Shown one piece after another: positions 61,950 to 64,000 of a DNA stretch of 64,000 nt. The notes beneath the pieces are model-generated. The model saw only the letters and a program-made list of their open reading frames with translations, was not told the DNA's origin and made no database searches. Position 1 is the first letter of the stretch, and each line of letters begins with the position of its first letter. Both the position numbers and the translations under genes were made by a program. The stretch is from Takakia lepidozioides (Eukaryota > Plantae > Bryophyta). The stretch lies in the NCBI GenBank assembly GCA_030704615.1, contig CM060732.1:33542001-33606000 (forward strand). Reading direction: 5' to 3'.

Positions 61950-63420
61950 ACTGGTAAGATCAGATCAATGCAACGTATATAGAACATTGGGTAGTTGGGG
62001 GGACTTTAATATGATGGAGCAAAAGGAAGACAGATCTGGAAGTCATAACCTCCAAATGGCATATAGTGAAAGAGATGCCTGGGAGTCAGTTTGTCTAGCT
62101 TTGAGACTGTCGGATGCCACCTCCCCTGCCACTGGAGAACTACTTTATACTTGGTCTAACAACAGAAACCCGCCAGCTCTTTCCATGGCCAGATTAGAAT
62201 ATCGTTTTTATTTTACTTCTTGTCTGTTAACCTGCTAGTCTAGAAGAATTATTTTTTGGCCCAATTATGCCAGGCTTTGATCACTCAAAAGTCATGTTGG
62301 TCATTACTACTCCTAGGTCACATGTTAATTTAGGTAGAGGTTACTTTAAGCTCAATCCTTTACTTATTTCTGATCCATCTGTCATCTCCCGCCCTCCAAG
62401 ATTAAACCTGGGAGCAAGATGACAGGCACATCCATTTGCGCACATTAAGGTTTTTTTTCGTAAACTACAGTCTGCCAAGAAATGTGTCAGGAACTGTCCC
62501 GCAAGTTGGCAGCCGAGGCCTGGACATAGAGAGAAAAGGCATTCCGTAAGTGCTTGGTTGTTTGTCAATTTTAGTTGGAGTTGGGTAGGCAGGGTCCTCA
62601 AACCTTGTTGTCTTATAAATCTGCTAAGCGAAATCTCTCTCTCCTGCTGCATTCCAAAGAAGCTAGCTTCCGGATGAAGGCTGGTGTCAATTGGTCCTTG
62701 GGTGGGGAGAAAATGACAAGATACTTCTTCATTAGAGTAGCCAATCTAGTTCCTTCACTAACTGATGACACAAGATAATTCTCTTCCTCCCCTCAAATAT
62801 TACTGTCTAATATGGCTGCCAGGTATTTTTCAGAAGTTGTTTGAAGAACGGGCTCCTACTCTGCAAAGGGAAACTACCAAGTAGCTTAACTGCTCCAGTG
62901 TCCCTTGCCTCTTGTCATTGAATGAAATTTAAAACCACTTGGCTGCCCCTTTTTCCTTGGATCCAGGAGCTAGGGCAAGCAGTGGATGCCATGGCTCCTT
63001 TGAAAGCACCGGGGCTAGATGGTATGCCAGTGGAATTCTTTAAAGCTCTATGGCTCACTATAGGGAAAGATTTTTTGGAGATGGCTATGACATCCTCAGC
63101 AAGGGAATTATGCCGTCGCATATGTCTGAGGACTGATTACACTCATCTAAAGAAAAGGGGGACAGAAAAAGAAAACAAAAACCAAAAACAAAAAGCAAAA
63201 AAAACTATCGTCCTATCACCTTGTTGAACTCTACCTACAAAATTATAGCTAAGGCTCTTGCCATGAGACTCCAGCCGTTGCTTCCTAGGATCGTTAGGAC
63301 TGGATTCATTAAAGACAAGATGATCCTAGATAATATTATACTGGCCCACGAAGCCTTGCATATGGCTAAAATCAAATGCCAACCTCTAGCATTCATCATG
63401 CTAGAAAAAACGTATAGGTT
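61950..63420 (+). mobile_element. Degraded L1-type LINE ORF2 (APE endonuclease + RT start)
   Basis: GDFN, YTWSNN, KAPGLDGMPVEFFKALW, LNSTYKIIAKALA.RL, GFIKDKMILDNIILAHE. Confidence 0.85.
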
Positions 63421-64000
63421 ATGCACATGGGGCAAGGCACAAACTCCCAACCACTAGGCTACCTACTCCAATGCAGGGGACACTAAATTTGTGAAGAACA
63501 TCTACAAAAGGTAGGAAAATGTGGACGACGTGCAAGCATAGGGATCTTCTACATAATTCTGTTGGATAGCGGCTGGCTGGTGTACTTTTGAAAGGGCATG
63601 TTGTACATGGCAATTTGTAATTGGCAATTGACATAAACCTTCCAAACATAAGTTCATTGCATGGTGTTAGCGGAAGGTTCATGTGAATAATGTGGCCATC
63701 AATGATTCTTTATTTCATGTTGGGATGCTCGATTATGCTAGGTGAGGTGAACAAAGAGAGAATGAACACCTAAGATTATGTGTTTGTCAAGTCAGTGGGA
63801 ATGACTCACCCAAACTGCCAAACTTGGGATCCAAGATTATGAGATAGGAGGTCAACTTATACTTTGCTAACCAAAGTCCAATATAGATTGAATGAGCATT
63901 TCTAAAGTGATAATACATATCATTGAATATTGTTCGCTCATGGCTGATGCCTTCGAAGGTGTATATACAACGAAGCATTTTTCTCTCTCTGGGTGTAGGA

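Overview
Eukaryotic, transposon-dense DNA from a land plant. It is most likely a non-seed, moss-like lineage, inferred from the intronless PAL, the PLS-type PPR fragments and the TE content. The only clearly intact host gene is phenylalanine ammonia-lyase (PAL, minus strand, 42496-44673). The rest is a TIR-domain immune gene that breaks off where its NB-ARC domain should start, a double-trihelix pseudogene, captured SEN1-helicase and PPR fragments, and nested decayed elements: Mutator-like (MULE), Sola-like, CACTA, a MITE, Ty3/gypsy, two Ty1/copia, LINE and SINE pieces, a 2-kb minisatellite and a 500-N gap. The most unusual feature is a MULE family marked by palindromic (A)TTCGGCGCCGAA(AT) repeats whose transposase has an N-terminal GCM-like zinc DNA-binding domain. 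One relative of it (about 21067-27358), inserted into the gypsy RT, carries two divergent, intron-containing paralogues with the motif order of bacterial beta-class DNA amino-methyltransferases (N4-mC/N6-mA). All family assignments come from motif recognition by eye; no database searches were run.
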